NCBI GenBank assembly: GCA_964525635.1
Contig: CAZGJX010000052.1
Coordinates: forward strand, 1,632 to 27,752
DNA length: 26,121 nucleotides
Source of the DNA: an uncultured archaeon
GTDB lineage: Archaea > Asgardarchaeota > Lokiarchaeia > Sigyniarchaeales > SOKP01
Direction: 5' to 3'
In this document: positions 8,288-18,007 of the stretch, piece by piece
How the letters are laid out: every line of letters begins with the position of its first letter
How positions within the stretch are numbered: the stretch's first letter is position 1
Notes under the pieces: model-generated
What the model saw: only the letters and a program-made list of their open reading frames with translations
Told to the model about the DNA's origin: nothing
Database searches by the model: none
Position numbers and translations under genes: made by a program

Positions 8288-8683
8288 TTAAGAAAAATGA
8301 TAAGGGCAATATGCATCAGAAGAATAATAGTCTTGATTTTTTGAATAAGCTATAAATCGACATCCAAAACATTCCTTAAATTTTTGACATGTAGCACATT
8401 TTCCTTTAACTTTACTTTTTAATTTGGAAGGAATCAAAAATTCTTTTACCTTCTCTTTATTCATCAATTCAATAAATTCATTTTGTAAAAATGAACCTAT
8501 ATTAAATGAATCCATCATACACACAGTTAAATTGCCTTGGCAATTTATTGTTAAAAGTTCTTTAAAAATATTACAACAAATCCCCTCCATACCAGGAGAT
8601 ATAAATCTCAAAAATGGCATGGAACAAGTTTGTATATTCCAACCACTTTCTTTCTGTAATAGAAGATTATTATTTATAACGCA
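8288..8683 (-). pseudogene. C-terminal SPASM domain of a radical SAM enzyme; the rSAM core is missing
   Basis: CCNI...INCQGNLTVC..IG...KCATCQKFKECFGCRFIAY...DAYC; the frame is closed upstream by TAA at 8684-8686 and has no CxxxCxxC. Confidence 0.82.
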
Positions 8684-8755
8684 TTAAATATTTAATCATA
8701 ACAACAATTTCTCACTTATTTAATTGGTTGTATTAATGAGATAAAAATGATTAGA

Positions 8756-9060
8756 ATGAGTGATTATTAACTGCGTCATATATAGAAGGCCTAGATCCAA
8801 AAGTATTAGAGGAAATCCCAGGAATTATTGAAGAAGTTAGCGAAGTAGTAATAAATCAAGCAACTGAAGAGGAAACCGCCGAGGATTATGTAAAAGGAAA
8901 AGTTAATGACGCTGCTATGGAGAAGGTAGAAAGTCTTGTTGATCTTAGTAATCCAATTCTTAAGAAACTAGCCGAAAAAGCAGTAGAAAAAGCAATTGAC
9001 AAGATATGGGATACCTTAAAAGATAAAATCAAGGCTAAATTTGGATCAAGTGAAGAATAA
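8756..9060 (+). CDS. Small acidic helical protein (about 101 aa) with an apparent 1-nt frameshift near the start; not in the ORF track
   Basis: Open frame 8764-9060 (LLTASYIEGLDPKVLEE...IDKIWDTLKDKIKAKFGSSEE*) has no start codon at its 5' end. ATG 8756 (MSD) joins it if one T is added near 8764. Confidence 0.72.
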
Positions 9061-9159
9061 ATATTTTAAAGTGTATTTCTAATTTTTAAAAAAAATTTTT
9101 TTCTCTTTTTAGAATAAATTATATAAAATTTAAAGAAAAGTTAAATAATATATTATAAT

Positions 9160-9312
9160 ATGTCAAAAATAATCCTAGAAATAAATGAAAAGGAAATTCC
9201 ACTTAATCCATTAATGGAAAATATGTTGAAAAATTTAATTTTAGGATACTTAAAATCTGCTAAAAAGATACCCGAAGAAATCAAGACTATTAAAGTAGAA
9301 ATTGATTTATAA
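9160..9312 (+). CDS. 50-aa protein resembling the C-terminal domain of archaeal MobB-type proteins
   Basis: MSKIILEINEKEIPLNPLMENMLKNLILGYLKSAKKIPEEIKTIKVEIDL*; L-x-IN-x-K-x-IPLNP pattern; below the ORF track size cutoff. Confidence 0.72.
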   Translation: MSKIILEINEKEIPLNPLMENMLKNLILGYLKSAKKIPEEIKTIKVEIDL

Positions 9313-9355
9313 TTTTCTTGACAGAATTTATAATATTTCTTACTTTTTCTTTATT

Positions 9356-10240
9356 ATGAAATTGGAGCCTGAATGCATAGGATGTTTATTTAATCAAATT
9401 CTTAAAGCTTTTAGATTATTAAAGCCAGATATATCTAATAATATCATTTTAAATGCTCAAAAGCAACTCATGGAATTCATAATAAAAAAAGATATAAAAA
9501 ACATAACTTCACCATTAGTGGGCAAGTATCTTTATAACCTTATAGGAAATATGCTTGATGAAAGTGATCCTTATGCTAAATTGAAAATAGAATCTAATCA
9601 TCTTGCTTTAAAATTTTATAAAGAAATTAAGGAAATAGTTCAGAATTCCCAAGATCCAATATTAGAAGCATTAGTCATTTCTGCCCTTGGAAATACAATT
9701 GATTTTGCAAGCCAACATAAAATTGATTTTGTAAATGATTTAACACAATTTTCTCCTAAGGATTTAATAATAAATGATTATCCTGAATTTATAAAATCAT
9801 TAAAAAATAAAGATAGATTAGTGATATTATTAGATAACGCAGGAGAAATTGTTTTTGATAAGATTTTGATAGAAGTTTTATTGGAGCATTATCCATATTT
9901 GAATATAATTTGTGCTGTCAGATCCGCTCCAATAATAAATGATGCTACAATAAAAGATGCTGAATATATTGGTTTATCAAATTTGGTAAAAATTATCGAA
10001 TCAAGTCCGGCACCAGGCATAGACTTCTCCGATATATCAAAAGAATTAACTATATATTTGAACTCTGAGGATGGGATGATTCTTTCAAAAGGACAAGGAA
10101 ATTTTGAAACCTTATATGGAGTGGATATACCAAATAAAGATGTTTTTTATCTATTAAAAGCAAAGTGCAATTTAATGGAACGAATATTTGGTGTAAAAGT
10201 CGGAAGTTTAATCTTTAAAAAAAAAATTAGTGGCTTTTAG
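9356..10240 (+). CDS. DUF89/ARMT1-like metal-dependent damage-control phosphatase
   Basis: ECIGC, GNTIDF, DNAGEIVFD, PIINDAT, SKGQGNFETL, LLKAKC; ATG 9356 preferred over TTG 9302. Confidence 0.92.
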   Translation: MKLEPECIGCLFNQILKAFRLLKPDISNNIILNAQKQLMEFIIKKDIKNITSPLVGKYLYNLIGNMLDESDPYAKLKIESNHLALKFYKEIKEIVQNSQDPILEALVISALGNTIDFASQHKIDFVNDLTQFSPKDLIINDYPEFIKSLKNKDRLVILLDNAGEIVFDKILIEVLLEHYPYLNIICAVRSAPIINDATIKDAEYIGLSNLVKIIESSPAPGIDFSDISKELTIYLNSEDGMILSKGQGNFETLYGVDIPNKDVFYLLKAKCNLMERIFGVKVGSLIFKKKISGF

Positions 10241-10250
10241 AAAAGATTAA

Positions 10251-10754
10251 TTATTGAATATTTTCTGTTTTCATTTTTTTTATAGCTTCAGTAAAGAAAC
10301 CAAAATCATCTGTTGGTTGATTTTTATCTCTATCCTTTAATTTATCAAAATATTCTATAATTTGCATCAGTAATATTTTCTTAAAAGAATCATATTTATT
10401 TACATCCATGCAATCATCAATTTCATTTTTATAAAACATATAAAAATTATCTAAAGCTTTTTCTGCTTCTTCTCTTATGTAATATTTATTAAATTTTTTA
10501 TCCATAATTGCAATTAAAATAAGTTTATGTTTACTGACAACAACCATTTCTACATCTAAGCCTTTAATGAGAATTTCTTCTATTTTCCCTAGACTATCTT
10601 TCCCAAATAAGGATAATGCCCCAATAAAAGAGGATAATAATACAGGATTTATATCAGAATCTAAAATCAAATCTACTAAGTATTCGCCTGATTCCTTGCA
10701 GATAATAATTCCTTTTAATAAATTAATATTATAATTCTCAAGTGCATTATCCAT
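10251..10754 (-). CDS. Longin/roadblock-like domain protein
   Basis: IIICKESGEYL..NPVLLSSFIGALSLFG..IEEI..MVVV..LILIAIMD..FYMFY..YDSFKK, typical of Asgard longin-like proteins. Confidence 0.65.
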   Translation of the reverse strand: MDNALENYNINLLKGIIICKESGEYLVDLILDSDINPVLLSSFIGALSLFGKDSLGKIEEILIKGLDVEMVVVSKHKLILIAIMDKKFNKYYIREEAEKALDNFYMFYKNEIDDCMDVNKYDSFKKILLMQIIEYFDKLKDRDKNQPTDDFGFFTEAIKKMKTENIQ

Positions 10755-10886
10755 TTATTATCCCCAGAAAAATAAAAAAAAATAAGTATTATAATCATAA
10801 TAAAATAAGTTTTTAAAAATTTTTTCTTTTGTTAATTTACAATAGAAATTGATTATAGCAGAAAATAAAGAGTTATTATTTATCCC

Positions 10887-12071
10887 TTATTCTTCCTTAT
10901 CCTCAGGAGGATTCATTTTAATACAATACTCTAACCATTCTTTAGCTTTTTTATAATTTTCTTTTATATTATAGTTTTCGGATTCATGTATAATTTCATT
11001 CAATAGATCTATTGTATCTTGCCCATAATGCTTATTTTCGATTTTTAATCTAGCATATTTAAATAATTTAGCTAAATCCTTTATTTTTTCCTCTTTTCTC
11101 ATCTCTCTACAATATGCTAAACTCCTTAAAGCATCATTCTGGACTTCTATAAAGTTTATTTTATTAGCTTCACGGACAATATTCTCCAGAAAATCGATTG
11201 TATTTTCTGTAAAGATTTTATCTCTAATTTTTTTCTGTGCTTGTATATATAAATCTTTTAATTCTTTTTGCTTTTCCAGTTTTTCAGGTGATATTTCTTT
11301 ATATTTTATCTTCTTTAGTTCTTTAACTTTCTTTTCTTTAGATTCTTTTACTTTCTTTTCTTTAGGTTCTCTTACTTTCTTTTCCTTAGGTTCTTTAACT
11401 TTCTTTTCTTTAGGTTCCTTTACTTCAAGTATTTCTTCTTTAAATATCTCTTCTCTGATTATTTCTTCTTCAATTAACTCTTTCTCAGGTTTTTCCTTTT
11501 TAGAACCGGTCTTACTCCTTAATATGATTTTTTCTATAAGATCATATTTATTTATTATGACACCTATCACAGCTATCCCCGATGCAATATATGGTATTAT
11601 CAATCCAAATCCTGTAAAATCAGGTCTTGGACCTAACACAACGCTGAAATCACTGGTATATATGAATAAATTTAAACTTATTAACATTAAAATGTTATAA
11701 GCTATACTAGATATTAAAATTATAACACTTGTTACTATAATTTTTTTACCAGTATATTCTCCTTTTTTTGCTTTAAGTCCTAATAATATTAAATAAATAC
11801 CCATAATCAGAAGAATTATAGAAGAAATGATTGAGCCAATTAATATAAGGACACTATTTGAATAAAGAGAACTATTCAATGGAATATAACCAGATTTAGG
11901 TGGACCAAAATTATATTGAATCGATCCTATACCAAAAATCCAAAAATATAATCTATAATAATTCAATCCATCATAATATGATATAGCCCCAGCAGGTATT
12001 AAAATACCAATAAAACATAAAATTCCACAAATAAAGGGAATTAACCAATAAAACTTATTGAAAAATGACAT
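10887..12071 (-). CDS. Four-TM membrane protein with a Lys/Glu repeat linker and helical C-terminal domain
   Basis: Four hydrophobic segments in the first ~175 aa, homologous to 13900..14454; KEPKEKKV repeats. Confidence 0.82.
   Translation of the reverse strand: MSFFNKFYWLIPFICGILCFIGILIPAGAISYYDGLNYYRLYFWIFGIGSIQYNFGPPKSGYIPLNSSLYSNSVLILIGSIISSIILLIMGIYLILLGLKAKKGEYTGKKIIVTSVIILISSIAYNILMLISLNLFIYTSDFSVVLGPRPDFTGFGLIIPYIASGIAVIGVIINKYDLIEKIILRSKTGSKKEKPEKELIEEEIIREEIFKEEILEVKEPKEKKVKEPKEKKVREPKEKKVKESKEKKVKELKKIKYKEISPEKLEKQKELKDLYIQAQKKIRDKIFTENTIDFLENIVREANKINFIEVQNDALRSLAYCREMRKEEKIKDLAKLFKYARLKIENKHYGQDTIDLLNEIIHESENYNIKENYKKAKEWLEYCIKMNPPEDKEE
11313..11423 (-). repeat. In-frame 24-bp tandem repeat, about 4.6 copies, encoding V(K/R)E(P/S)KEKK
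   Basis: VKEPKEKK-VKEPKEKK-VREPKEKK-VKESKEKK-VKELK. Confidence 0.9.
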
Positions 12072-12377
12072 TGTTTTTCTAAATCTATTATTATTATTCC
12101 TATCTATATAAATCTATTTTAAAATATAACTTTTATCTTGAATTTAATCGATAAATAGTTTTAATCTATTTTTTCTAACATTTTTATTATTTTATTTTTT
12201 AGAATTAATGAAAATTATATATATTTTAGCCTAATATTTAGATTTTATTTATAAAAAAACTCAAAAAAATAAATCTTAAAATTAGATTTTGAATATTTTA
12301 TTTTAATTAATAGAATAAAAGTAATTTAAAATCATTAAATAAATCTATTAAATAAAAGAATTTTATGATTTATACTA

Positions 12378-13619
12378 ATGAACTTGGAAGATATATATAT
12401 TCTTAATGGTGCAAGAACTCCAATAGGACATTTTGGAAGAGCTTTAAAGGAAGTATCCGCTGTAGATTTAGCTTCTTTTGCTATAAGGGAAGCAATAAAA
12501 AGATCGAAAATAACACCTCTTATGGTTGAAGATGTTATATTAGGAGCAATTCATCAGGAAGGAATGGGAAATAATCCCGCAAGGATTGCAGCTTTAAAAG
12601 CAGGTATACCTCCTACTTCAGGAGCTCTTACTGTGAATAATGTTTGTTCTTCTGGAATGAAATCTATTGAAATAGCGGTATATCAAATTGCTATAGGAAA
12701 AAAGGATATTATAGTTGCAGGAGGTATGGAAAGTAATAGTCAATGTCCTTATATGCTTATGAATGCAAGATGGGGTTACAAATTAAAATCAAATAAAATT
12801 GTGGACGCCCTTTTTTATGATGGATTTAGGGACACATATGGGATGTATGGAGGATATGATCATGTTGGGGAAACAGCTGAAAATATCATAGAAAATAAAG
12901 AAAAATTATGTAAAAAATATATGCTTCCAGAGATAAATCTAACTTTTGAAGAAATAAATAAATTTGCTTTAGATAGTCATCAAAAATATTTCAAAGCAAG
13001 GGAAGTTGGTTTTTTTAAAGAAATTGTTCCCATTAATGAAACTATTAATAATAAAGTAATAAGGTTATATGAAGATGAAAGCCCGAGAGAAGATCTTACC
13101 ATAGATATTTTAAATAAATTAAAACCTGTATTTAGAAAAAATGGTTGTGTTACCGTAGGAAATACACCCCCACTTAATGATGGCGCTGCGGCTATAGTCT
13201 TAATGTCAAAAAAGAAAATTAAAGAATTAGGATTTAATCCTATGGGATCGTGTATTTCTTTCTCATCTGGAAATGTAGAACCCCAATATATGGGATTAGG
13301 ACCTATCCCTGCTATTAGAAACCTTTTAAAAGAAACTAAAATGCAAGTGGCTGATATAGACCTTTTCGAAATAAATGAAGCACAAGCCCAACAAGTATTA
13401 TTTTGTATGAAAGGATTAGGAATAAATAAGGATAAATTAAACATTCATGGGGGTGCAATAGCTATTGGACATCCTCCTGGAATGACAGGAACTAGATTAA
13501 TACTAACTGCACTATATACATTAAGATATAGAAATCAAAAATATGCAATTTGTTCTCAATGTGCGGGAGGTGGAACTGGAATGGCAGTTTTAATAAAAAA
13601 TAATGACGGTCAAGTTTAA
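12378..13619 (+). CDS. Acetyl-CoA C-acyltransferase (thiolase)
   Basis: RTPIG, NPAR, TVNNVCSSGM (catalytic Cys), AGGMES, NDGAAA, NEAQA, GHPPGMTG, CAGGGTG. Confidence 0.95.
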   Translation: MNLEDIYILNGARTPIGHFGRALKEVSAVDLASFAIREAIKRSKITPLMVEDVILGAIHQEGMGNNPARIAALKAGIPPTSGALTVNNVCSSGMKSIEIAVYQIAIGKKDIIVAGGMESNSQCPYMLMNARWGYKLKSNKIVDALFYDGFRDTYGMYGGYDHVGETAENIIENKEKLCKKYMLPEINLTFEEINKFALDSHQKYFKAREVGFFKEIVPINETINNKVIRLYEDESPREDLTIDILNKLKPVFRKNGCVTVGNTPPLNDGAAAIVLMSKKKIKELGFNPMGSCISFSSGNVEPQYMGLGPIPAIRNLLKETKMQVADIDLFEINEAQAQQVLFCMKGLGINKDKLNIHGGAIAIGHPPGMTGTRLILTALYTLRYRNQKYAICSQCAGGGTGMAVLIKNNDGQV

Positions 13620-13899
13620 TATATAAATATCGATATTTCAATTAACTCTTAAATTCTTATCAAAAATTTTTATTAATATATATTTCATTTCAATAATTTT
13701 ATATATATTCGTAAAACGAGAATTTCACGGTTATTTATATATGTCTATTTATTATATAAGTGATATGTACACTTTTTCTTAGATTCTTTTTTTTTTGATC
13801 TCATTATTGAGAAATCAATATTTTTTCATAAGATTTATATTAACAATTGAACTAAAGTTCTTTATAAATTCTTAATAAAATCATTCAATAATTATAAAA

Positions 13900-14454
13900 A
13901 TGTCAGACTCTAAAAGATTATATTGGATATTTCAATTCTTGGGAGGTATTTTATTATTATTAGCTCTAATAATTCCTACTACGGGACTTTCTACAGGTAA
14001 TGATTATAATATTTTAATTTGGATGTGGGGTATTGTATTAATTTTAATAAGAGAACCTAGTCTTGGTAAAGAAACAGTAACGGTTCATGAACTTTTTGGA
14101 AGGAATACATTACCTCTGACAATTTCAATCATTTCTTCTATAATTATTCTTATATTGGCTATGACTACCTTTATTATAGCTTTAAGGTCAAGAAAAGGTA
14201 AAGCAATGAATAATTTTGCAATAATTATAGGTCTGGTAGTTATAATTACATTAATTGCTTATATTTCTACATTTGAACTAATATATTGGGATTCATATAC
14301 ATATAATCCAGATCCTGAATATTTTAGTTTCTTTAGGGAAGCAGGTATCAATTTTGGACTTATATTACCTTTCATAGGATCAGGATTGATAATTGCTGTA
14401 GCCCTCACCAATAAATTCATTGGAACAACAGAATTGAAAGAAAAAAGAGAGTAA
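13900..14454 (+). CDS. Four-TM membrane protein, paralog of the N-terminal domain of 10887..12071
   Basis: Shared YW..GIL..I.P..W..G start, RKGK/KKGE loop and FGLI.P.I.SG before TM4. Confidence 0.82.
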   Translation: MSDSKRLYWIFQFLGGILLLLALIIPTTGLSTGNDYNILIWMWGIVLILIREPSLGKETVTVHELFGRNTLPLTISIISSIIILILAMTTFIIALRSRKGKAMNNFAIIIGLVVIITLIAYISTFELIYWDSYTYNPDPEYFSFFREAGINFGLILPFIGSGLIIAVALTNKFIGTTELKEKRE

Positions 14455-14656
14455 TATGAAATAATAAGAAACGATAATCCATTTCAATTTGTGCGATTTC
14501 AGATATTATTAAATTCAAATCATATTGAAATATAAAATTTCTTTTTTTTTATCAAACAGTCAATATTACCTTTCTATTTCTTTTATAAATAAAAAAATAA
14601 ACCAATAATTCCTTTAAAATATATTAATATTACTTTAGTATTTTTATAAGATTTTT

Positions 14657-15643
14657 ATGGAGAAAGACGATATAAATAATAATATATCAAAAAAGAAAAG
14701 ATATCAAAGTATTGATATTTTCAAAAGCTTATTAATTATCTTAATGGTCTTTGTTAATTCATTACCATTTTTTGAGAACATACCTAATTGGAGTAAACAT
14801 TCTTCGGATTATGGTTTAACATATGTTGATTTGATTGCTCCATGTTTTATTTTTATAATGGCATTAAATTTTAACATCTCCTTCAACAGGCGTATTAAAT
14901 TATATCCAAAAAAGGAAGTATATATTCATTATATAAAAAGAAATCTAATTTTAATTGGAATTGGATTATTTTTATATTTGGATTTTAACTCAACTGGGAT
15001 ATATATAAGATGGGGAATTTTACAAGTACTTGGTATGTCAGGTTTAATTCTTTTAATAACTTTTAAACTTCATTTTATTTTTCGTATGAGTATAGGTCTT
15101 ATTTTTATTATATTACATCAATATTTACTTTTTACGTATATTGGAGATATTATTTTTGAAGATATTGAAGGAGGGTTTTATGGCTCATTATCTTGGGGTG
15201 CTATGATTATTTTTTCTTCATTGATTTGCGATGGATTTATGAGAAAAAATATGAGTAAATATTTTGTTATTATTGGAATAACATTTTTCTTTATAGGTAT
15301 AATTACTTCTTTTAGATTGGGAATTAGTAGATTCGGAATATCCTTACCATTTACATTTTTGAGTGTTGGATTTAGTTCTTTACTTTATTATAGCTTTTAT
15401 TATATTATCGATGGAAGGAAGAATAAAGTCAATTTGATTAGCAACGATAATTTATTAAGTATTATTGGAAAAAATTCTTTAATTTTATTTATAGCACACT
15501 TTATTTTAATTAGTTATACTTTCAGCATTTTTTCTTCTGATTTAAATGTTATTTTAGCATATAGTATAGCAATAATTAATTGTATTATAATTTGGATAAT
15601 CTCTTACATATTATTTCATCTTAAAATATTTGTGAAATTATAG
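14657..15643 (+). CDS. HGSNAT-like (DUF5009/DUF1624) membrane acyltransferase
   Basis: RYQSIDIFKSLLIILMVFVN, H..GLTYVDLIAPCFIF, GILQVLG, IGKNSLILFIAH; multi-TM. Confidence 0.82.
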   Translation: MEKDDINNNISKKKRYQSIDIFKSLLIILMVFVNSLPFFENIPNWSKHSSDYGLTYVDLIAPCFIFIMALNFNISFNRRIKLYPKKEVYIHYIKRNLILIGIGLFLYLDFNSTGIYIRWGILQVLGMSGLILLITFKLHFIFRMSIGLIFIILHQYLLFTYIGDIIFEDIEGGFYGSLSWGAMIIFSSLICDGFMRKNMSKYFVIIGITFFFIGIITSFRLGISRFGISLPFTFLSVGFSSLLYYSFYYIIDGRKNKVNLISNDNLLSIIGKNSLILFIAHFILISYTFSIFSSDLNVILAYSIAIINCIIIWIISYILFHLKIFVKL

Positions 15644-15689
15644 ATTTTATTAATTAAAACTATAATAATAAGATAATTTAGTTGAAAAT

Positions 15690-16313
15690 TTATTTTAATA
15701 TTTTGCCTGTTTCTAAATACCATAGATATAAGTCAAGTTCTGCTAAACTTAAATTTGATTTAATAGCTATTTGTTCTAAAATTTTCTCAATTTTAAGATA
15801 ATTTTTTTTTGACATAGTTTTCGGTTTTTCAATTAGTTTATATTTCTCTAATAAATCTACTATATGAAAATCAACAATTGCATAATTTTTATATCCAATA
15901 TTTCTAAGAAAATGACTAGTTTCTTTATAACCTAATCCTAATATATTTTTAGTAATCCATAACCTCAAATTCTCATCTAGAAGATTTTGTAATGCATTTT
16001 TTAAATCATCCATTTTTTTTCTAGCTATTATAATATAATTTGCTCTTACATTTGGAAATCTATACCCAAACTTTTTAAATCTTTTTGATAATTCAATTTC
16101 TGTTAGTTGAAGAAAATCATCCTTAATTTTATCATGAATTTCTATACATTTTTCTGCTCCACAATTTGCAGTCATTATACAAAAACATAATTCTTTAAAA
16201 ATTTGTTCTTTTTCTGTGGATTGAAATTTTTCAAACTCTTTTATTCTGTCATTAATTACTGCTCTAATTTCACTTTTCTTTAATTTCTCAATTATATTTA
16301 TGATTTTTTTCAC
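15690..16313 (-). CDS. ogg: 8-oxoguanine N-glycosylase/DNA lyase (archaeal Ogg2 type)
   Basis: FKELCFCIMTAN, GYRFPNVRANYI, GLGYKETSHFLRNIG, AIVDFH, ELDLYLWYLETGKILK. Confidence 0.94.
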   Translation of the reverse strand: MKKIINIIEKLKKSEIRAVINDRIKEFEKFQSTEKEQIFKELCFCIMTANCGAEKCIEIHDKIKDDFLQLTEIELSKRFKKFGYRFPNVRANYIIIARKKMDDLKNALQNLLDENLRLWITKNILGLGYKETSHFLRNIGYKNYAIVDFHIVDLLEKYKLIEKPKTMSKKNYLKIEKILEQIAIKSNLSLAELDLYLWYLETGKILK

Positions 16314-16406
16314 TTATTCGACAATTTTTCATAATTTAAATTTATAACTGTTAATTGTTATAATTGATAAATATATTATTGATTCCCTCATTTTGTAAAT
16401 AATATA

Positions 16407-17423
16407 ATGGTTAATGAGAAACGTAAAATTATTTTATTAGGATCTATAGCATATGATTATTTATTCTCTTTCCCTGCAAAATTTATCGATGTTGTATCTA
16501 TTAATTATGAAAAAGAAGAATATCAAAGCACAATAACTGCAGATAAGAAAATACTTCATTATGGTGGGATTGCAGGGAATATTGCATATAATCTTGGATT
16601 ATTAAATATTGGATCAGCAACTCTATTTGGCGCCGTAGGGAAAGACTTTGAGAATTTAGGATATAAAACACATCTCTCTCAATTTAAAAATATTGAACAA
16701 AAGATAGATACTCATGAAAATGATTATACAGCAACTTGTTATATTGTAAATGATATTAAAGCAAATCAAATGATCATCTTTCATGGAGGTGCATTAGATA
16801 AATGTAAGGATATTAACTTAAAAGCGAAAATTAAAGATCCTGAAAATTATTTTTATGCTATAAATTCTGCTCAAAATGTTGATGCTATGATGACTTTTTC
16901 TAATCAATTAAATGATCTAAAAATCCCTTTCATTTTTGATCCAGGACAAGTAACATCAATGTTTTCTAAAGAACTTTTAATTAAAGCTGTTAAAAGTTCT
17001 AAAATTATCATAGGTAATAAATATGAGATTAATCAAATTCATCAAAAGACTGGAATGCTAAATCAAGAATTAATTCAATATAATAAAGCTATAATTACAA
17101 CTAAAGGAAAAGAAGGTTCCGAAATAATATTTAAAAATATAGAAGGTGAAATAAGCCAAACTAATATCCCTATTTGTAAATCAGAGCAAATTTTAGATAC
17201 AACAGGCGCGGGAGATGCATATAGAGCGGGACTTTTAATTGGATTATTTTTAAATATGACATTACTAGATTCATGTCGTCTCGGATCAGTAATAGCATCA
17301 TTTACAATAGAAACTTATGGTGCTCAGACGCAAAAATATAAGATATCTGATGTAAAAAAAAGATTTTTAACGAATTATAAAAATATTCCTCAAGAATTAA
17401 TCAGTATTAATGATGCAATTTAA
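16407..17423 (+). CDS. PfkB-family carbohydrate/nucleoside kinase
   Basis: GSIAYD, GGIAGNIAY, GAVGKDF, FDPGQ, NKYE, TKGKEGS, DTTGAGDAYRAG. Confidence 0.92.
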   Translation: MVNEKRKIILLGSIAYDYLFSFPAKFIDVVSINYEKEEYQSTITADKKILHYGGIAGNIAYNLGLLNIGSATLFGAVGKDFENLGYKTHLSQFKNIEQKIDTHENDYTATCYIVNDIKANQMIIFHGGALDKCKDINLKAKIKDPENYFYAINSAQNVDAMMTFSNQLNDLKIPFIFDPGQVTSMFSKELLIKAVKSSKIIIGNKYEINQIHQKTGMLNQELIQYNKAIITTKGKEGSEIIFKNIEGEISQTNIPICKSEQILDTTGAGDAYRAGLLIGLFLNMTLLDSCRLGSVIASFTIETYGAQTQKYKISDVKKRFLTNYKNIPQELISINDAI

Positions 17424-17698
17424 AAAGTTTAGTTTAACATAAGAAAACAATTAAGAATTAATAATAAAAATAATTTTGTACAATAATAAAATAATTATTC
17501 TTATTTTTACACACGAATATTTGTACACAAATAGTTAATATTCTAATAATTGGGGTAATAATTTCCCATTTCTCTAAAAAATAATTCAGGATTTGTACGC
17601 ATTACTATAACAAACATTGTAAAAAAAAAATTATTATTTATATAATACTCTTCTATTTTTTTATTAAGAATATATAATAATCCTTAAATGTTGAAATA

Positions 17699-18007
17699 AT
17701 GAGTCTTGTAATGAGTCCAAATAATTCTGATATGGAATTTTATGATAATATTTTAAGACATTATAGTGAAATGTGTAAGGATAATCAAAATATTGAAATT
17801 TGGAAAAATAAAATATATATAAAACTTATGAATTTACTGACGAAAACAGAAAACATATTGCTAGTAAGAAATTCAATTCTTCTAATAATCTCATTGTTTG
17901 ATAATCTACCTCCAGATAGCTATAATAATCATGGTTTTTCATTCAGTAAATCGAATAAAAAAGATAAAAAACAGGTCATTTTGAACTTAAAAGAAGAAAT
18001 TGAATAA
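17699..18007 (+). CDS. Hypothetical protein
   Basis: Standalone 102-aa ORF with no recognised motif. Confidence 0.65.
   Translation: MSLVMSPNNSDMEFYDNILRHYSEMCKDNQNIEIWKNKIYIKLMNLLTKTENILLVRNSILLIISLFDNLPPDSYNNHGFSFSKSNKKDKKQVILNLKEEIE

Noticed and set aside
8761-8763. TGA readthrough into the acidic small protein
   Set aside because: An in-frame TAG at 8752-8754 lies just upstream with no start codon in between.
9302-9355. TTG start for the DUF89 gene
   Set aside because: It overlaps the 50-aa ORF; ATG 9356 (MKLEPEC) matches the family N-terminus.
17475-17598. Three TTTGTAC motifs upstream of 17699
   Set aside because: Short, irregularly spaced and AT-rich; cannot be separated from chance without conservation data.
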